Shown here: positions 59,640-64,000 of the stretch, piece after piece
How positions within the stretch are numbered: position 1 is the first letter of the stretch
Layout: each line of letters begins with the position of its first letter
NCBI GenBank assembly: GCA_018657385.1
Contig: JABHXF010000048.1
Coordinates: forward strand, 3,681 to 67,680
From: Candidatus Woesearchaeota archaeon
Lineage (GTDB): Archaea; Nanobdellota; Nanobdellia; Woesearchaeales; DSVV01
DNA length: 64,000 nt
Direction: 5' to 3'
Notes under the pieces: model-generated
What the model saw: the letters and a program-made list of their open reading frames with translations, nothing else
Databases searched by the model: none
What the model was told of the DNA's origin: nothing
Program-made: the position numbers and the translations under genes

Positions 59640-61025
59640 TTAAAAACTATACACTGCTTTTTCATCTATTTCTTTTAATAATTCAATTGTATTTATTAAA
59701 TCTTTATAAAATTTATCAGAAAAATGCAATGCAATTTCTTGTGCAGTGTCAGCATCTAATGAACTTCCTTTTTCCCAACCAAGTTTTCTAGCTTTTTTAA
59801 TTATTTGTGTAGAAACAGTATTATCTTCTTCATACATTTTAATTAATGGCTTAATTGATTTTTGATAACTTTTGTTAGTGAATTTTTTAGCCATCCTTAA
59901 GAATCTTTTAACATAATTATTCAAATGCTTGTTTTCAAGACCTTCGTATGCACTAAAATATTGAAGTTTGTTTCTAACAAATGTGTGTGGGGGAATATAC
60001 ATTCTATTATCTTCAATCTTAAATGGTTCTTTAATTCCAATATCTGCTGGTTCAACTTCTAAAAAATCTCTATGGATTTTCATTAAACAAAATTTTAATA
60101 ATACAGATATGGCAATAATATTACTTGGATAATTCATATCCATACCTCTTTGTTCTAATGTACCATGGTTGTTTACTTTTACTGGCCCCCAATTAACATC
60201 TAATTTACTTTTATAAATCTCATCAAATTTTGCATCCTTATTATGTTTTTTTAGAATACGCATCCATCGCTGTACTTTTTTATTTAAAGATTCAATTAAG
60301 TCCATCTCTGTTTGTTTGTATGGTGGTAGCCCTCCTATTTGTTGCAAATTAGCATAAACTCCATCCATATACTTTAATTTTTTCCCGCCTCTATAAATTG
60401 GTAATCTTGTGTCCATTGCAAAATGTTCAGATTGGTAAAAAGGAGATGACTGCATTATACAAGTTAAAGCAGGGTCAGCTGCAATTTCAAAATTATAACT
60501 TCCCATGAATGATCTTTTAATTTTTCCATCAAATGTTACTCTAATAAATTTTGTTAATGGATTATACATGCCTCTTGGAAGAGAATAATGGTGGTGAAAA
60601 CCAACACATCTACCTGCTGCCATAAAACGTTCTTCTCCAAAAATCTTTTTTTTCATTAAATAGTTTATATTATCACGCATATCTGGATCAAAACTACCTG
60701 GATAAGTACCAAAACAATGTAACTGCATATCTTTTTTTGAAGCAACATCATATAATGTTTCTGCATGTTTAAGAATATCTAATGCTGTATTAAATATTTT
60801 AACAGATGGATAACATCCAAGTTCCACCATATTTTTTCCACACTCCCTAACAATGTTTGTTTCAGGTTCTTTTTTTTTAACTGCTTGAATAACTTCATCT
60901 GCTCTATTAACTACTTCACCCTTGTTATTTAATAACATGAATTCCATTTCAAGACCAACCATTGATCTTTTTAATGGTCTTTTTTTAATTATGGTTTTTT
61001 TGGCTAATGAGTTTAATATTGTCAT
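59640..61025 (-). CDS. Glutamate--cysteine ligase family 2 (GCS2/YbdK-like) carboxylate-amine ligase
   Basis: GLEMEFML, E…MVEL, GFHHH, SSPF, GTLEQRGMD; GAGGGGG SD before ATG 61025. Confidence 0.75.
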   Translation of the reverse strand: MTILNSLAKKTIIKKRPLKRSMVGLEMEFMLLNNKGEVVNRADEVIQAVKKKEPETNIVRECGKNMVELGCYPSVKIFNTALDILKHAETLYDVASKKDMQLHCFGTYPGSFDPDMRDNINYLMKKKIFGEERFMAAGRCVGFHHHYSLPRGMYNPLTKFIRVTFDGKIKRSFMGSYNFEIAADPALTCIMQSSPFYQSEHFAMDTRLPIYRGGKKLKYMDGVYANLQQIGGLPPYKQTEMDLIESLNKKVQRWMRILKKHNKDAKFDEIYKSKLDVNWGPVKVNNHGTLEQRGMDMNYPSNIIAISVLLKFCLMKIHRDFLEVEPADIGIKEPFKIEDNRMYIPPHTFVRNKLQYFSAYEGLENKHLNNYVKRFLRMAKKFTNKSYQKSIKPLIKMYEEDNTVSTQIIKKARKLGWEKGSSLDADTAQEIALHFSDKFYKDLINTIELLKEIDEKAVYSF

Positions 61026-62130
61026 TTTCCCCCTCAGGTATTTCTTTTTTCTCTTCTTTTTCTTCTTCAATGTTTTCAATTTTTAACATTTGAATCATAT
61101 CATTAGATATTGTTTCTACTTTTTTCTTTAATAATGTGAGTTCATCAGGTTTCATATAAATCTTTTTATTTACTTCCATTGAAAGTATGAAAACATCAGG
61201 AAATTTGCATGATAAAAAATTTAAAATATAACCACCTTTGTATGGGTCATTAATTCTAATATCAGTATAACCTAATTTTTTAAGTCTTTGTCTAAATGCA
61301 TTAACAATCGGCATATAAAATCCAGGGACATATTTAGTGCCAAAACTTAAATTTGGTCTGTTGTCTTTATCTCTCATTGCATGTCCATCAAAAATTATAT
61401 TAAATCTATAAGTATTTATTAGCCTTGATAAAACATAATAAAAATGTCTGTATGAATCTAAAATAATATCTTTTTGTTTTTCATTAAGTTCTTGTTTCCA
61501 TACTTTTCTTAACATTTTTTCTTGATTGTTTGCATAGATAGCTTTTGCATAGCTTCTATTGAAATCACACATGAATCTAGATTGTTTACAATCAATCCAT
61601 ATGCCACCTTCTTCCAATACGATTTTTGAATATAACATTCCAGAACCAAGATCCTCTTCTTTCAATCTTTTTTTATCACTTATATGCATATTTTTCTTAA
61701 TCTCTTTATCAACCCATACCCCATTGTGGACAGTTAGTAACAATGTATTAAACTGATTTTTTTTGTAATTATTGTAAATTATAACTCCTTTATGGGTTAA
61801 TGTAACATTTACTTGTTTATATTTTGGGTAAAGTTCTTCAATGTCTTTTTTAATTAATTCATATAGTTGTCTTTCTTCAAAGAATTTCTTAAACCATAAC
61901 ATATTTCTAGATTTATAAAAATGTTCAATATCTCCGTCTAAAACATCACCTATTAATTTATAATCACCTAATTGAGAAAGGAAATTAAGGTGTGGGTTTT
62001 CACCCATATTTTGCCATATTTTATCTATTTGTCTGAATAAGAAAAATCTATCACCTAATGTTAATTTCTTTTTTGAAAACACTAAAATGTTATAAAATAG
62101 CTTAAGATGGTTTTTTATGAGTTTTTTCAT
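60985..62130 (-). CDS. N-formylglutamate amidohydrolase family protein with N-terminal extension
   Basis: TVHNG, EED, SRFMCDFNR, IFDGHAM, FGT, NDPYKGGYI, MEVNKKIYM. Confidence 0.8.
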   Translation of the reverse strand: MKKLIKNHLKLFYNILVFSKKKLTLGDRFFLFRQIDKIWQNMGENPHLNFLSQLGDYKLIGDVLDGDIEHFYKSRNMLWFKKFFEERQLYELIKKDIEELYPKYKQVNVTLTHKGVIIYNNYKKNQFNTLLLTVHNGVWVDKEIKKNMHISDKKRLKEEDLGSGMLYSKIVLEEGGIWIDCKQSRFMCDFNRSYAKAIYANNQEKMLRKVWKQELNEKQKDIILDSYRHFYYVLSRLINTYRFNIIFDGHAMRDKDNRPNLSFGTKYVPGFYMPIVNAFRQRLKKLGYTDIRINDPYKGGYILNFLSCKFPDVFILSMEVNKKIYMKPDELTLLKKKVETISNDMIQMLKIENIEEEKEEKKEIPEGENDNIKLISQKNHN

Positions 62131-62233
62131 ACTCTTTTTAATTAACTAACCATTTATATTTTTTGTTGTATAAACAAGAATATAATTGAAGGAATTGGGA
62201 ATTTTTTTAAATGCTAGCTGGATTCTTTACTAT

Positions 62234-63244
62234 ATGGCAATGAATGAATCTAAAGCTGAAGATCTACAAAATCAAGAAATAAGAGTTAGAGAACAGCTTG
62301 AAAAACAACAATATGGGCTAGTTGGTAAGCATAGTAGTTGTAAAATTTGTACTTATACTAAAAGATCTATTAAAAATGAAGATGTTTGTTATAAAGAGCA
62401 GTTTTATGGAATAAGATGTCATCTTTGTTGCCAGATGACACCAATTATGGTTTGTAATAATCGTTGTGTAATATGTTGGAGAGATACTTCTGCTCATACT
62501 TCTATTAAAATTGATGGTGAAGTAGATGATCCTAAATTAATTATTGATGGTTGTATTAAAGCACAAAAAAAACTGTTGAGTGGATTAGGTGGTTATGATG
62601 GAACAAACATGGATAAATTAAAAGAAGCAGCTTTACCTAAACATTTTGCAATTTCTTTAACAGGAGAACCAACACTTTATCCCAAATTAGGTGAGCTAAT
62701 TAAAGAAATTCATGGTACTGGAGCAACATCATTTTTAGTTACAAATGGTTTGCAACCTGAAGTTTTAGAAAGGTTGGAAAAAGAAGAAGCTTTACCAACA
62801 CAACTTTATGTTTCAGTTGATGCTCCTAATGAAGAATTATTTAAGAAAATTGATAATCCCTTATTAAAAGATGGTTGGCAAAGATTGCAAAAAACATTAT
62901 CTTTATTACCAAGATGGAGAGAAAAAGCAAGAACTTCATTAAGATTTACAATAATTAAAGGAATGAATGATATCTTACCTGAACAATGGGCAGAAATAAT
63001 TAAATTAGCACAACCCTTATTTGTAGAAGTTAAATCATATATGGCTGTTGGTTATTCTAGGGAAAGATTAGGAATGGATTATATGCCAAGACATCATGAA
63101 GTAGTTGAATTTTCTAAAAAGATTTGTGAATTTAGTGGTGATGATGAAAAGTCAAGATATAAAATCATTGATGAAAAAGAAGGTAGTAGGGTTGTTTTAT
63201 TAATGAAAGAAGATTTTGATGGTAGGATTATGAAGTTTGATTAA
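62234..63244 (+). CDS. taw1: 4-demethylwyosine synthase (radical SAM, TYW1/Taw1)
   Basis: HSSCKIC, CYK..FYGI, CNNRCVICWR, HFAISLTGEPTLY, FLVTNG, EVKSYM.VG.SR.RL. Confidence 0.93.
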   Translation: MAMNESKAEDLQNQEIRVREQLEKQQYGLVGKHSSCKICTYTKRSIKNEDVCYKEQFYGIRCHLCCQMTPIMVCNNRCVICWRDTSAHTSIKIDGEVDDPKLIIDGCIKAQKKLLSGLGGYDGTNMDKLKEAALPKHFAISLTGEPTLYPKLGELIKEIHGTGATSFLVTNGLQPEVLERLEKEEALPTQLYVSVDAPNEELFKKIDNPLLKDGWQRLQKTLSLLPRWREKARTSLRFTIIKGMNDILPEQWAEIIKLAQPLFVEVKSYMAVGYSRERLGMDYMPRHHEVVEFSKKICEFSGDDEKSRYKIIDEKEGSRVVLLMKEDFDGRIMKFD

Positions 63245-63289
63245 AATTATAGGAATCTTTTTATATCATTCTTCCAATTGTTTATACAT

Positions 63290-63877
63290 ATGAGAAATAT
63301 GAAAAAATTAATTATTTTTATATCTACTTTAATGTTAATTTCTATTATGTTTACACCTATGGTCTTCTCGAGTATTGCATTGCCACCAGGATATCATTTT
63401 TTAGAATGTAATGTGATGTATCAATTAGTGGAAGAATCAAAAGTGTTAATTGAAACAAAAAGAAATCTTGATGATGATGAAACAATTAAATCTGAACAAA
63501 TTGATGAAAAATTAAAATCACTTCAACAAGCACGTTTTGATATTGGTAAGGAATTACGATCTCTTTCTGATTCTGAAAACTTAGGTTATGATTCTGCTTG
63601 TAGATATTCTAATGATATTGGGTTATGTAAGGAGTGTGTTGGATCAGTTATAAAAGATAAAAAAATAAATGAGGAAAATGCAATGGTTATATTCTTTATA
63701 TCTACATTTATTTATTTGGCTTTGTTGATAAGTTCAATTTACTTTTTAATTAGATTTATTAGAAACAAAGAAACAAGGTATAGAAGATTAAAATTAATAA
63801 TAGTTAGTATTGCCATTCTCCTTTTGTTAAGTTTCTTATATTTCTATATTTTTGTAGTCTCACGAATAAGGTATTAA
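63290..63877 (+). CDS. Hypothetical membrane protein
   Basis: Signal peptide, short coiled coil with Cys, two C-terminal TMs; start uncertain. Confidence 0.65.
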   Translation: MRNMKKLIIFISTLMLISIMFTPMVFSSIALPPGYHFLECNVMYQLVEESKVLIETKRNLDDDETIKSEQIDEKLKSLQQARFDIGKELRSLSDSENLGYDSACRYSNDIGLCKECVGSVIKDKKINEENAMVIFFISTFIYLALLISSIYFLIRFIRNKETRYRRLKLIIVSIAILLLLSFLYFYIFVVSRIRY

Positions 63878-64000
63878 TTTAATTATAAGTGAATAAGTTT
63901 AATTGAATTAATGGCTAATTTTTTACACTTTTAAAATATTGAAACTTTTGTTTTTTCTATCTGTTTCATGATCTTTACAAAATCTTCTAATTCCAGTGTT

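Noticed and set aside
641-61756. Many 60-225 aa ORFs antisense to or nested in long genes (e.g. 11346-11924, 41525-42202, 47630-49765 series, 52134-52583)
   Set aside because: Shadow ORFs of well-supported genes; Ser/Ile/Phe-rich antisense composition, no motifs
63931-64000. 3' end of a minus-strand gene entering from the window edge (…TLELEDFVKIMKQIEKTKVSIF*)
   Set aside because: Too short to determine frame or identity with confidence

Overview
AT-rich (roughly 27-30% GC by eye) archaeal chromosome segment, most consistent with a DPANN (Woesearchaeales-like) genome. Markers are PolD large subunit, PCNA, RPA, RadA, archaeal DnaG, Rio1, RNase J, Taw1 and many KK(A/G/S)-hydrophobic class III (type IV pilin-like) signal-peptide genes. 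It also carries bacterial-type genes: GyrA, CoaE, TldD/TldE and a pyrBIDKCEF operon. The standout is a ~13.4 kb minus-strand cluster (26397-39800) of pilin-like proteins. Three of them carry bacterial cell-wall-attacking domains: lytic transglycosylase + alpha/beta hydrolase; CapA-type metallophosphoesterase + MepA murein endopeptidase; degenerate amidase_3 + alpha/beta hydrolase + M15 peptidase. This suggests a pilus-displayed peptidoglycan-degrading apparatus in an organism lacking peptidoglycan. Also found: a tRNA-Leu(CAA) with two BHB introns, several unannotated structured RNA candidates (7851-7956, 51490-51945, 54140-54590), two micro-pilin ORFs missed by the ORF track, a repeated CGGAAAT motif in three promoter regions, and an N-formylglutamate amidohydrolase/GCS2 ligase pair. 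All domain calls are from motif recognition by eye; no database searches were run.
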